Source: an uncultured Armatimonadetes bacterium (lineage in GTDB: Bacteria > Armatimonadota > Hebobacteria > Hebobacterales > Hebobacteraceae). From it: DNA of 64,000 bases. The notes under the pieces are model-generated. The model made no database searches. It saw only the letters and a program-made list of their open reading frames with translations, and was not told where the DNA came from. The DNA is taken from contig OY970296.1 in the NCBI GenBank assembly GCA_963716175.1, forward strand, positions 3,200,001 to 3,264,000. The letters are read 5' to 3'. This document shows positions 25,545-35,611 of the stretch, one piece after another. The translations under genes and the position numbers were made by a program. The number at the start of each line of letters is the position of its first letter. Position 1 is the first letter of the stretch.

Positions 25545-27812
25545 ATGGCCGATACTTCGCCCTCAGTCTGGCCCATCCCCCAAGAGATGAAGCTGCGCGA
25601 GGACGCGCTCGCGCTCAGCCGCGCCGTGCTCGTCGTTCCTCCGCAGGCCAGGGAGGCTGACCTGGGGCCGACGCATCTCTTCGCCGATATGGTGGCCGAT
25701 GACTTCGGCCTGGTGGTGCCAGTGGTGCGCGGCGAGGCGCCGGCCGGCAAGCTGCCCATTCGCATTCGCGTCGCCGGCCAGCGCGGCGGAGGGCGGACGC
25801 CGCGGCATCTCCCCGGCGCCGAGGGTTATCTGCTGCGCATCACCGCGGATGGCGCGGAGGCCGTAGGCCGGGACCGGCGCGGCGCGCAGTACGCAGCGGC
25901 CACCATGCTCCAGCTCGCCCAGCGGCAGGGTGGGGAAGCGGTGCTGCGCGGGGCCGAGATTCGGGATTGGCCCTACAAGCCGGTGCGCATGGTGCACCTC
26001 TATCTGCCCGGCACCGAGCATCTGGGTTACGCCCGGCGCTATCTGCGCGACTTCCTCCTGCGCTACAAGTATAACGGTCTCTTCCTGGAGCTGGGCGGGG
26101 GGGTGAGGCTGCGCAACCGGCCCGAGATCGCCCAGGGATGGCGGCGCTTCGTCGAGGAGCTGCGCGCTATCGGCGACACCGGGCCCATCTATGGCGAGCA
26201 CTGCCCGCTGGGGCCTGGTGGGCGATTTGCCGCCTCCGTGCACACCCATCTCGCGGACGGGCGCTACCTGGAGCCCGGCGACCTGCGCCTGATCAGCGAC
26301 TGGGCGCGAGCATACGACCTCGACCTGGTCCCGGAGATCCAGTCCCTTGCCCACGCCTACTACCTGGCTTGCACCTATCCCGAGATCGCGGAACTGAAAG
26401 AGGCCGATTTCCCAGATACCTACTGCCCCTGCAACCCGAAATCGTATGAGATCCTGTTCGATGTCATGGCCGCCTACATCGAGCTGACGCAGTGCCGCAG
26501 CCTGCACATCGGGCACGATGAGTGGCGCGCCGCCGGCCTCTGCCCGGAATGCCGTCAGAAGGACACCGGCGTGCTGTTCGGCGAGGACGTGGTCAAGATC
26601 GCCTCCTGGCTGGCTGAGCGAGAGATCGGCGTCTGGATGTGGGGCGACCACTTGGTGCCCAAGCACAATGCCCGCGCGCGCAGCCATCGCAGTGCCAAGG
26701 TGTGGTACGACCATCCCGACACCCAGGCTGCGGCCGAGATCGTGCGCCGCGGGGCCCCGCAGATCACCATGCTGAACTGGTCCTGGTACCTGGGCGCAGA
26801 GGACGGCGACCGCGTGCTCGCCGACCTGGGGTTCAAGCAGATCTACGGGAATTTCCATGCCCGCGGTTTCCCCGACTGGCCCGGCCGCAGCGCGCATCCC
26901 AGCGTGCTCGGGGCGGAAGTCTCCTCCTGGTGTGCCTGGGACGATTTCGAGCTGGGCATGATCCACTACCCGGACGCCGTTCACTCTGCCAACGCCATGT
27001 GGTCTCAGCATTGGCCCGCGGCCGGCGAAGTGGAGAGGATCGTGGCCCAGCAACTGCCCAAGCTGCGGGACCGGATGCGGCGCGGCTGGGAGAAGCCGCG
27101 ACTGCTGTCAGAGGCCACCCCGCGAAAGCGCAAGCAGATCATCTCCATTCGCCAGGCCTGCAACGCTCTGTCGAGAACGGAAGACTGGGACCTGAGCGGC
27201 CTTCGCTTCGGCCCCCAGGAGTCGGACGGCCTCGCCTATGAGCTGCTCGATCCGGCCGCGAATCAGGGGTGCGTGGGCGTAGTGGTGGAGCGGCTGCAGA
27301 AGCCCGAGACTCAGTATCCGCAGGCCTCAAAGGCGATTCGCATTGGCGGCAAGTACGCGAGCCTGATCTTCTGGCAGGTGGCAACCGCTGCCGGCGGGAG
27401 ACCCGCCCACGCTGGAGATGGCACCAATCACCCTCGCGAGGCAGCCGAGCTGCTGGGCTGGTATGAGATCAGATTCGCCGATGGCCTGACCCGGCAGGCC
27501 GAGGTCCGCTATCACGAGAACGTGGGCGCCTGGGATGAGGGCCACGTGTTGCTGTACTACGCCAGGGAAGTGGAGTCCGGCCGCCTGCCCGAGGGCAAGC
27601 CGCTGGTGATCTGGGGCCTGGAGTGGACGAACCCGCGGCCGGAGGTCGAGATCGAGTCAGTAACCCTGCACGGCGCCAGGACCATGCCTGAGCGTGGGGA
27701 GGGGCACTTCTCCGGGGCGCGGCCCATGCTGCTGGGGATCACCGCAATCGAGGCCCTCAAGTGGGAGGACTACCGCCCGGGGAAGGAGGGGAAGCTGCCG
27801 GGGGTGCCCTAG
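25545..27812 (+). CDS. GH20-like glycoside hydrolase
   Basis: EGYLLRI..IRDWP domain-2 motif, VPEIQSLAH, HIGHDE catalytic motif. Confidence 0.85.
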   Translation: MADTSPSVWPIPQEMKLREDALALSRAVLVVPPQAREADLGPTHLFADMVADDFGLVVPVVRGEAPAGKLPIRIRVAGQRGGGRTPRHLPGAEGYLLRITADGAEAVGRDRRGAQYAAATMLQLAQRQGGEAVLRGAEIRDWPYKPVRMVHLYLPGTEHLGYARRYLRDFLLRYKYNGLFLELGGGVRLRNRPEIAQGWRRFVEELRAIGDTGPIYGEHCPLGPGGRFAASVHTHLADGRYLEPGDLRLISDWARAYDLDLVPEIQSLAHAYYLACTYPEIAELKEADFPDTYCPCNPKSYEILFDVMAAYIELTQCRSLHIGHDEWRAAGLCPECRQKDTGVLFGEDVVKIASWLAEREIGVWMWGDHLVPKHNARARSHRSAKVWYDHPDTQAAAEIVRRGAPQITMLNWSWYLGAEDGDRVLADLGFKQIYGNFHARGFPDWPGRSAHPSVLGAEVSSWCAWDDFELGMIHYPDAVHSANAMWSQHWPAAGEVERIVAQQLPKLRDRMRRGWEKPRLLSEATPRKRKQIISIRQACNALSRTEDWDLSGLRFGPQESDGLAYELLDPAANQGCVGVVVERLQKPETQYPQASKAIRIGGKYASLIFWQVATAAGGRPAHAGDGTNHPREAAELLGWYEIRFADGLTRQAEVRYHENVGAWDEGHVLLYYAREVESGRLPEGKPLVIWGLEWTNPRPEVEIESVTLHGARTMPERGEGHFSGARPMLLGITAIEALKWEDYRPGKEGKLPGVP

Positions 27813-28090
27813 GCGGAGCCGAAGGGCCGGCCCTGACTGGCCCTGGCGATGGGAAGGCGGCTGGCGCGCGTGGTAATCGCTATTGGTGTAGAGGGGCCGG
27901 GCTGGCCGCCTCAATCCGCTTCGCTATTGACCTGGAGGGGCCAGCCCGGCTCGTCCATTTCGGATTGTTCCGGCCTCCCTCAGGCCTGCCAGGGCATGCC
28001 CATGAGCCCTGACAAGTAACCGGTACTGCTATCTTTCTCCGGCAGCGCCTGCCTTATGCCTGCTTCTGTCACGGTCTTCAGACACCGCCC

Positions 28091-30220
28091 CTACCTGGTC
28101 AGGACAAACAGCTTCGCTTCTCGCTTGCTCCCGCGAAGCAGGCTGCGGCCATTATACTCGAGGTAGCTTCCGTCCAGCAAGAAGCACTTGACCGGCTCTC
28201 CGGCCGCGTTCAGGTGCAGCCAGGCAAAGGGCGCATCGGTCACGACCGGGTCCCCGTCGTCCACCGGCAGGCTCAGGCCGTTGGTCCAGCTTATGGAATC
28301 GGTCGAGCCGTCCGGCAGCCGCAGTTCGAGATGATGGACCTGACCCCAGCCGGTGCTGGAGGCGCGCTTGATGGCGAAGCTGGGCTTCTCGGTCCCCTGG
28401 AATGGCGCCAGCAGCACCGCCGAAGTGCTGCCGCCGCCTCCCCCGCTGGGATAGCGGAACTCCACTAATGGGGCCGGTATGGCATCGTGCCCATGTGAAC
28501 CCACCCATCCCCGCAGCGGCTCTCGACTGCCCTCGAAGCATTCCATCTCGGCCTTGCCCTCGAACGGGATGAGCTGGAGAAACAGGTTCACGCCCTCGTT
28601 TCGCGACCACCAGCTCAGCGTTTCCTCCTCCTTGGACCAGCCCTCCATGGGCCCCATCTGCCAGCAGTTGTGCACCGTCGCTTCACCATCGGCTTCCATG
28701 GTGTCGAGCGCGAGCAAGTACTCTCCCTTGACCCAGAACAGCACTCGCTCGTGGCTGCCGAAGACGCCCTTCCCGTGTCCGCGCTCGAAGCTCCAACCAT
28801 AGCTCCCGGGCCAGTACCCGCCCTGGTAGCTGGCGTGGATGAGCGCGGTCTCCGCGGTGAACTCGGTTCGCAGCAGTTGGGCGTCGGCCTCTGACTGGTT
28901 CCAGCCATTCAGGTTGAGCGTGCTGTGGGCAGGAGTGGACTTGCCATACGGCCCCAGGGGATCGCTCATCTCGTAGTTCAGGATCCCCGGGTCGGCAATC
29001 AGCTCCCGGCCTTTGGACCGGAACACGAAAGAGAGGCGGTTGAGATGGCAGTGCCCGCCTCCCCAGGTGCCGGCGTCGAAGGCCAGGTAGTCGGCGCCTG
29101 GCTGCCAGGCCGAACGCGCGAACACCTGGCCGGCGTCAGGGAATACCTGCTCGAGCGGCGGATAGTCACCGATTACTTGATCGGAAAGCAGGCGCCGCAG
29201 CACCTCTCTTCTGTGCTCGGCCCCGCGCAGGATTTCCGGGTCTCGGTGGCGCGAGCCGGAATCGTTGACCCCAAAGAGGTCGCTCTGCGCGCTGTAATCG
29301 AACGCCCCCACCAGCAGCGCGGGGTCAACGTGAGCATCGGCCTCCGGGAAGCGCTTCGCCAGGTCGTAGTAGTTGGCGGCCACGTTCGCCATCCAGTCGT
29401 GGTAGCTCGGCGTTCGCTCGACGTGCACGCCGTCGGGCAGAAACTGGGTGGCGAAGGCATTGCGCAGGCCCTCGACGCCGATGTCGAGCAGCTCCTGCGC
29501 GTTCTCGAGGAAGGGGAGACGCAAGGCCGTGAAGACCAGCGCGTCCAGCTCGGAAATCCGCCAGTTCGCCCTCGGCGTGAGGTGGCGAGAGAGAAACCGG
29601 GCCTGGCTGGAGATGGATACCATCATCGTCTTCAGGAACTCGTCATCGAAGGCCGGGCTGTCGAGGAAAACCGGCAGCACTCCGGCCCATCCCGAGGCCA
29701 CGCTCGTGCCCAGGCGGATACTCATGTTGAGGCTGCTGTCGCTGGGCCGGAACCGATCATATCCCGGGTTGCTGCGAATCCAATCCTCGATGTAGGCGCG
29801 CGCGGCCGTGGCGAAGCGCTCGTCATGAGTCGCCCGGTAGGCGCTCGCCAGTTGGCGCAGGTAGCCGAAGCGGTTGAGTTGAGCCGGCCATTCCTGGTGC
29901 TTGAGATGTCCGCCGCTCCAGTCTATGTCGCGCAGGCCCACCTTCACCGGCACCTCGCCGTAGAAGAAAACAGTGCCGCTCGCGATCTCCTCGGTCCTCC
30001 CCAGGTCTCCGCTTACCTCCGGAATCGCCTGCCCCGCAAAGCCCTGCAGAGCGCGATCTCGTTCCAATATCATCTCTCGCATGCTCATCTCCGCCATCTT
30101 TGGGTTGCCCGCGGCGGCCTGCGCCGCGACCGGCAGTAGCAGATACCACGTGAGTGCGAGCAAGACCTGGAGCATAGGGTGAGCTTTCACGGGAATCACC
30201 TCTCGTCCCCTCACTGCCAC
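28091..30220 (-). CDS. Heparinase II/III family protein (secreted; start uncertain)
   Basis: Signal peptide, QLNRF, DGVHVERTPSYH, HCH, DPG..Y, AHSTL. Confidence 0.85.
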   Translation of the reverse strand: MAVRGREVIPVKAHPMLQVLLALTWYLLLPVAAQAAAGNPKMAEMSMREMILERDRALQGFAGQAIPEVSGDLGRTEEIASGTVFFYGEVPVKVGLRDIDWSGGHLKHQEWPAQLNRFGYLRQLASAYRATHDERFATAARAYIEDWIRSNPGYDRFRPSDSSLNMSIRLGTSVASGWAGVLPVFLDSPAFDDEFLKTMMVSISSQARFLSRHLTPRANWRISELDALVFTALRLPFLENAQELLDIGVEGLRNAFATQFLPDGVHVERTPSYHDWMANVAANYYDLAKRFPEADAHVDPALLVGAFDYSAQSDLFGVNDSGSRHRDPEILRGAEHRREVLRRLLSDQVIGDYPPLEQVFPDAGQVFARSAWQPGADYLAFDAGTWGGGHCHLNRLSFVFRSKGRELIADPGILNYEMSDPLGPYGKSTPAHSTLNLNGWNQSEADAQLLRTEFTAETALIHASYQGGYWPGSYGWSFERGHGKGVFGSHERVLFWVKGEYLLALDTMEADGEATVHNCWQMGPMEGWSKEEETLSWWSRNEGVNLFLQLIPFEGKAEMECFEGSREPLRGWVGSHGHDAIPAPLVEFRYPSGGGGGSTSAVLLAPFQGTEKPSFAIKRASSTGWGQVHHLELRLPDGSTDSISWTNGLSLPVDDGDPVVTDAPFAWLHLNAAGEPVKCFLLDGSYLEYNGRSLLRGSKREAKLFVLTR

Positions 30221-30347
30221 CAGTGGCCGCCTGGCAGTGGCGTGGGTTTGTCACGAGCCCGCCGGAGGCGGACAAGCGCAGCCAGGCGCAACCCGCTAAG
30301 GGGCGGAGCCCCTTCCCCTTCGCGCTGTGCGCCCACTCAGGTGCTTC

Positions 30348-30479
30348 CTAGAAGCTGTTTCATAACCCTCCCAGGGGAGGTTATGAAACAGCACTGCACA
30401 ACGTCAGGCCGTGGCAGGCGCATTTCATGCGAGGGCGTGGTGCGGCCAGCCAGCAGGTAGGTTATGAAATGCGCTCTAG
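30348..30479. mobile_element. 132-bp MITE-like element, copy 1
   Basis: CTAG at both ends, TIR core TTTCATAACC; 127/132 identical to 61132-61263. Confidence 0.8.
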
Positions 30480-31561
30480 ATGACCTCCAGGTAATCCTTC
30501 TCCGGCAGCGCTGGAAACGGGTTGGTCGGCAGGGTCTGGTACCAGTAGGCGACTGACGCGATGTCATCCTGCAATGGCAGGTAGCGACCGCCGCTCCGCC
30601 AGCCGAGGGCCTGGATGGTGACGCGCAGGTCCTGCTGAAAGCGAACGGGGTCCATGATGTGCCAGCGGTAGAGCCCGAAGCGGGTCTGGGAGGAGTACAG
30701 CCCATCGGGCCGGATTACCTGGGGCAGGCCGGAGTAGGGGGTGGTGAACTCGCGGTACCCGCCCTGCTCCTTGCCGACATCGAAGTTGTAGGCGCCGCAG
30801 AAGTAGTCCTCGGTGCCGGTGCCGCAGATGGTGGGGAAGTCGCCATCGCCGTCCAGGTAGAACTTGATCTCCCCCTCCCCCCACCAGCCGCAGTTATTCA
30901 CCCCCCAGGCCATATAGGCGCCGACGTACTGGCCCTGCCCTTTCACCCCATCGAGGATGGTGTGGACACTCTTATAGGGCAGCGGATTCACGCGGCGGAA
31001 CTGGGCGTGGAAGTAAGCGGCATCAGCGGGTACCTCGGTCAGGGTGTAGTTGATCTGGTAGTAGAGCGTCATCGCCTCCTCGGCGATGTTGGTCACGGTG
31101 ATCTTGCAGGCTTTGCGGAAGGGCATCTCCCAGTAGCAGTTCAGGCCGCTGCCCGGGTTCACGCACACCGCGAGCGACGAGACCTGCGCGTACTTGCCCC
31201 AGCCGCAGGCGAAGAAATCGCCCACCGGGCACTCCACCGCCGGCGTCTCCGCCCCATCCCAGTAGATGCGCAGAATGCTGAACCGCCAGTGGCCGGTGGG
31301 GGTCATCCAGATCTGCTGGATCGCTCCCGAGCCCTGGATATCGGCGATGGCGCGGCACTCCCCCGGCTCGATGCGGATGAACGGGTTGACCTTCCAGCCC
31401 TGGCCCAGGTCGCGGGCGCTGCCGGAGGCGCTGCCCTCGGCGGCCATCCCCCCCTTGCCCTTCTCGCCGCCGGGGTTCTCCGGGCTGATGGAACGCGTCT
31501 TGGCCGATGATAGGCGAGACAAGTTCCCGAGGTGTAGTCCGAGTCCGTTGAATGGAGACAT
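30476..31561 (-). CDS. DUF2961 (GH172-type) glycoside hydrolase
   Basis: RSISPEN, WWGEGEIKFY, GTGTEDYF, YRWHIMDP. Confidence 0.9.
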   Translation of the reverse strand: MSPFNGLGLHLGNLSRLSSAKTRSISPENPGGEKGKGGMAAEGSASGSARDLGQGWKVNPFIRIEPGECRAIADIQGSGAIQQIWMTPTGHWRFSILRIYWDGAETPAVECPVGDFFACGWGKYAQVSSLAVCVNPGSGLNCYWEMPFRKACKITVTNIAEEAMTLYYQINYTLTEVPADAAYFHAQFRRVNPLPYKSVHTILDGVKGQGQYVGAYMAWGVNNCGWWGEGEIKFYLDGDGDFPTICGTGTEDYFCGAYNFDVGKEQGGYREFTTPYSGLPQVIRPDGLYSSQTRFGLYRWHIMDPVRFQQDLRVTIQALGWRSGGRYLPLQDDIASVAYWYQTLPTNPFPALPEKDYLEVI

Positions 31562-31765
31562 GGACGGCTCCTTGCAGGTTGGTCTGCGAGAATGGGCGGG
31601 ATCGCAGATCCCGCTTCAGGACATGCCACAGGCGGGAAGTGCGGACTTCGCCCGCGCCCAATATAGCGGACAGGCGAGGGAAGGTCAAAGCCGTTTGCGT
31701 GCCCGCAGGCCGCGCGGTGAGAGGAGGGCCCGCCGCCACCTGCTCTGTCCGCGGAAGCGGGGGCG

Positions 31766-33295
31766 TCAGTGGCCGGCCGCGATCGCGGCCGCCGCCGCCG
31801 CGCCCACCATATCGCTGATCAGATAGCCGGCCACCGGGTACCGCTTCTCGAACCATAGGAGAGTGGCCTCTAGCCCCATCGGTACACCCTCTTCACTGAG
31901 CCTTGACGCCGGGTCTGTTGCCACCAGGTACTGCCCATAAAAGTTCCAGGACCAGTCCGAATTCATGCCGCGGATGTCCAAGAGCACGTCCCCCAGGGTG
32001 AGCTCGTGCCCCTCGACGTTGGACCTGGGCACCGCACAGCTGGGAGGAAGATAACTGGCGACCACCGCGAGCAGGCACTGGCGGGCGGCCTGCTCCAGCA
32101 GGTCGGGCACCGCGAGCTGCTCGCTCTGAAGGCTGACGAGGTCGAGCTTCGCCGCGAGTCGGGGATCCGCGCGATTCGGGGGGAAGGGATAGGTTTCGGG
32201 GTCAATACCCGAGTCCGCGACGGCGGCTTCCGCGGCCGCGAAAGGGTCTCGCTCGGGGTGCGCTTCGCGCCACGCTTCCTCCTCTCGCGTGATCGCCGCG
32301 AGGCGCTCAGGCGTTTCCTCGGAATAGCCGAGGGCGATCAAGCGGCGACGCGCGTCGCCCGGAGGGGTGTCGCTCACCGTGAGGATGGTGGCCTCGCAAG
32401 TCCAATCCTCTGGTATCTCTAGATGAAGCTGAACGTCCCATCCATTCCATCTCAACTTCGCCACCGCGTGCTGCCAGCGCTCTTCCTCACTCGCGAAGGC
32501 GGGCCTTTCGCCGGACTGCCGGGCATAGGACACGTCCGTGTTGGGGCCCGACTGAACCTCCTTGGACCACGCTGCCAGATGACTTCGGAGACTCGGGTCG
32601 AGATCGCGCATCGGCCTCTCCACCAGGCCGCTCTGGAGCAACTGCTGCATTTCTGCCTCACGCAGGTCAGACAGCCAGGCCAGCATCGGCGCCGTGGCGG
32701 GGTCGAGCACCTCCGCGCACAGCATTGGATCGGTCTCCTCGTAGCGCTGCAGGACCTCCTGCGGCGCGAGGGCGCGCGCTCTCTGGTAAAGGGCCAGCCG
32801 TGCTCTCAGGTCTTCTCCTCGCTGCCCCACTGTCTTACCTGTGGCGCTCTGGAAGAACCGACTCATCCCCTCATCGAACAGGGGCAGCAGGGAGCGGAAC
32901 GTCACCAGCAGGTAGGTGCGATCGGCCGGCGCCTGGTCCCGCCTGAACTCCCAGTAACCATCGAAGAGCCGCGCCAGCGCTACCATGATCCCGTCCAGGG
33001 TGCCGTGCTCGGCGAAGACGGTGAGGTGAAGCGGGAGCAGCCCTTCTTTGGCGGCGAGTTGCACCGAGCAGGTCTCAGAGAACCGGGCGAGGAGTTGCTT
33101 GAGTTCGATGTCCCGCTCCCATACCGAGACGGGGGCCTCGAGTCGCGGGTCCGAGCGGTCTGTCTCCGGCTGCCATTGCTCCCATGCTTGGGGGGTCGGC
33201 GGCGACGCCTCCTGGCACATAGCCGGAGCGAGCGCGGGCAATAGCAGTGCCAGCGCCCCTGCCAGACGGAGCAGACAAACAGGGCCCACCCTCAT
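31766..33295 (-). CDS. Secreted hypothetical protein
   Basis: RBS, signal peptide, two DPRL-initiated subdomains. Confidence 0.65.
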   Translation of the reverse strand: MRVGPVCLLRLAGALALLLPALAPAMCQEASPPTPQAWEQWQPETDRSDPRLEAPVSVWERDIELKQLLARFSETCSVQLAAKEGLLPLHLTVFAEHGTLDGIMVALARLFDGYWEFRRDQAPADRTYLLVTFRSLLPLFDEGMSRFFQSATGKTVGQRGEDLRARLALYQRARALAPQEVLQRYEETDPMLCAEVLDPATAPMLAWLSDLREAEMQQLLQSGLVERPMRDLDPSLRSHLAAWSKEVQSGPNTDVSYARQSGERPAFASEEERWQHAVAKLRWNGWDVQLHLEIPEDWTCEATILTVSDTPPGDARRRLIALGYSEETPERLAAITREEEAWREAHPERDPFAAAEAAVADSGIDPETYPFPPNRADPRLAAKLDLVSLQSEQLAVPDLLEQAARQCLLAVVASYLPPSCAVPRSNVEGHELTLGDVLLDIRGMNSDWSWNFYGQYLVATDPASRLSEEGVPMGLEATLLWFEKRYPVAGYLISDMVGAAAAAAIAAGH

Positions 33296-33425
33296 CTCTT
33301 CCTCTCCTGGCGGCTCCATTTGTACTGCGAACGAATCGCGGCGTCAAGGAGGCCTGGCGCTGGCCTCCGGCCGCCCCGGAACTTCCCAGGAGGATGCTCT
33401 TTCCTGCCCTGCGAACTATGCAAGC

Positions 33426-34052
33426 ATGGTGCGCGATCTACTGATCCTCGGCACCGGACCACATAGCGCCGAAATGGCGGAGATCGTCGCGCGCGTCAAC
33501 CGCACTCAACCGACCTGGAACCTGCTCGGGTCCGTCTCGGCCAGCGGAGCCGGGGTAGGGGAGGTGCGGAACGGCTATACTGTGCTGGGTTCGCTGGAGC
33601 AAGTCGCTCGCCATCCGACTGCTTGCCTGGTCCCGGACAATGAGTGGCCGCACCCGTTGGAGATCCCCCGTGATCGGCTGGTCTCTCTGGTTGACCCCAG
33701 CGCCTTCGTCTCCCGCACTGCAAGCATGGGAGTGGGCTGTGTCATCTACCCGCACTGCTTCATCGGCCTCCATGCCAGGCTCGGAGATTTCGTGTTCTGC
33801 CTCAGTGGGTGTGTGATCAACCACGATGATGTGCTGGAGGATGGCGTGGTGCTGGCGAGCAATGTGAGCCTGGCCGGAGGCGTCCATGTCGAGGTTGGGT
33901 GCTATCTGGGGCAGGGCTGCGCCATCCGGGAGAACCTGCGTATCGGCCGGGGCAGCCTGATTGGGATGGGCGCGGTGGTGACCAAGGACGTCCCGCCCAA
34001 AAGTGTGATGGCGGGCAACCCGGCGAGAAGGCTGAGGGATAGAGAGACCTAG
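33426..34052 (+). CDS. NeuD/PglD-like hexapeptide-repeat acetyltransferase
   Basis: ILGTG.H, left-handed beta-helix repeats, GAVVTKDV..GNPAR. Confidence 0.9.
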   Translation: MVRDLLILGTGPHSAEMAEIVARVNRTQPTWNLLGSVSASGAGVGEVRNGYTVLGSLEQVARHPTACLVPDNEWPHPLEIPRDRLVSLVDPSAFVSRTASMGVGCVIYPHCFIGLHARLGDFVFCLSGCVINHDDVLEDGVVLASNVSLAGGVHVEVGCYLGQGCAIRENLRIGRGSLIGMGAVVTKDVPPKSVMAGNPARRLRDRET

Positions 34053-34060
34053 AGTACGGC

Positions 34061-34136
34061 TGGCTCCGCGGCCAGGACTCGAACCTGGAACCTAGTGGTT
34101 AACAGCCACCCGCTCTGCCGATTGAGCTACCGCGGA
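34061..34136 (-). tRNA. tRNA-Asn (GTT)
   Basis: TCCGCGGTAGCTCAATCGGCAGAGC..CTGTTAA..GGTTCGAGTCC..GCCA cloverleaf with encoded CCA. Confidence 0.97.
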
Positions 34137-34204
34137 GCACCCGGCGTTGGTATCTTACCACAGGCCGCGGCTGCCCTGCAACGCTGTGCCGTGCCGGCGG
34201 CGCG

Positions 34205-35608
34205 TCAAGACAGCCGGGCCAGCCACTTCCTTTCGATCTCCCGCAGCCGCGCCGCCTGGTCGGGGTCTACACATGGCTCATGCGGCTGACGCAGGATCTC
34301 CTCGACCTTCCTGGCGGCGCGTTCCACCAGGTCGAGCCCGCCCGCGGCCAGCCACTCACCGCGCCGCTGCGGAGCGGTGAGATCGCCGGCAACCAGCTCC
34401 TCACGGAAGTGCACCAGAGTGTGATCGTGTCCGAGGAAGTCGCCGCCGGCGACGCACTCGCGAATCACGTCTAACGCGAGCGTGTCATCAGTTACCTCGA
34501 TCCCCCGCTGCGCTCGCAGGAGTTGAGCGGCCATTTCGTCATCTATCACCGCCTGCTCTAGAGACAGCGTAAGCTCGGTCTCGAGCTGGCCGATACCCCA
34601 GATGATGTTCACCCCAGCGCGGGCGTGGAGCATGGCGGTGAGCGCCTTCTCCAGCGCGGACTGCGCGTCGCAAATGGGATTGTCGCTGCTGATCCAGGAG
34701 GCCGAGGGCAAGCCGTGATAGCGGGCGATCTCTGCTCCCGCGGCGGCGATCAAGCCGTCCTGCACTGCGCCGCTGGTGGCGAGGGCGGCGCGCATATCCA
34801 GCATGTGGGCGAACCCGAGGTTGAACACGCAGGGCCGGCCCGGCTCCAGCACCTGCAAGATGGCGATGCCGGAGAGCGCCTCCGCATTGGCCTGGACGAG
34901 CAGCCCGGCAAGGGTCACCGGCGCGGTGCCGCCAGCCAGGGGTTCGGAGTTGACCATCATGGGAATGCCGAAGCCGGAGGTGCGCAGAAAGAGGTCGAGC
35001 GCGGTGCGGCTCCAGTGGAACGGGCTCACGATGGAGTAGCCGAGGCTGACGATCGGTCTTTCGGCAAGGGAGGCGCCCTCCGAAAGCGCCTCGGCCATCT
35101 CCATGATGGCGATGGGTCCGTCAGGCGAGAAGATGACCGGCCGCAGGTGCTTGGTGGAGTTCTCGGCCAGTAGACGGAAGCCGACGAAGTCGCGCACGAT
35201 AGGGGGATAGTCGGCCAGGTTGGCGCCGACCACGCCGTGGACATGGGGAAGGGCGTCATTGACGCGGGTGATCTGGGCCAGGTCGGCCGAGGTGATCTCC
35301 GTGCGCTCGCGCCCGCGCGCGAGGTACATGGCATTCCCGCCCCAAAAAACCGTACCCCCATCCGCGCCCACCTCCGCCAGACCACCGCGGCGGTCAGCAA
35401 GCCGCAGGTTCCTCGGGGCGCTTTTCACACACTGCCCCACCAGTGCCCGGGGCAGGCAGACCGTGTGCTGATCGGCCCCGCCCTCAGCGCCGGCGGCGCA
35501 GAGGCGGCGGACAAGCTCCGGGTGATCCACCTTGACGCCCACTGTCTCCAGCAGGCCGAGGCTGGCCTCGTGGATGCGCGCGATGTCACTTGAGTTGAGG
35601 AGTCCCAT
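34205..35608 (-). CDS. MttB-superfamily methyltransferase, non-pyrrolysine
   Basis: IHEASLGLLETVGV, AGGTAPVTLAG, DAQSALEK, FLGHDHT; no in-frame TAG. Confidence 0.9.
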   Translation of the reverse strand: MGLLNSSDIARIHEASLGLLETVGVKVDHPELVRRLCAAGAEGGADQHTVCLPRALVGQCVKSAPRNLRLADRRGGLAEVGADGGTVFWGGNAMYLARGRERTEITSADLAQITRVNDALPHVHGVVGANLADYPPIVRDFVGFRLLAENSTKHLRPVIFSPDGPIAIMEMAEALSEGASLAERPIVSLGYSIVSPFHWSRTALDLFLRTSGFGIPMMVNSEPLAGGTAPVTLAGLLVQANAEALSGIAILQVLEPGRPCVFNLGFAHMLDMRAALATSGAVQDGLIAAAGAEIARYHGLPSASWISSDNPICDAQSALEKALTAMLHARAGVNIIWGIGQLETELTLSLEQAVIDDEMAAQLLRAQRGIEVTDDTLALDVIRECVAGGDFLGHDHTLVHFREELVAGDLTAPQRRGEWLAAGGLDLVERAARKVEEILRQPHEPCVDPDQAARLREIERKWLARLS

Positions 35609-35611
35609 CGC

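Noticed and set aside
34061-34136. tRNA-Asn as an integration site
   Set aside because: No duplicated tRNA 3' end or adjacent integrase noticed in the window
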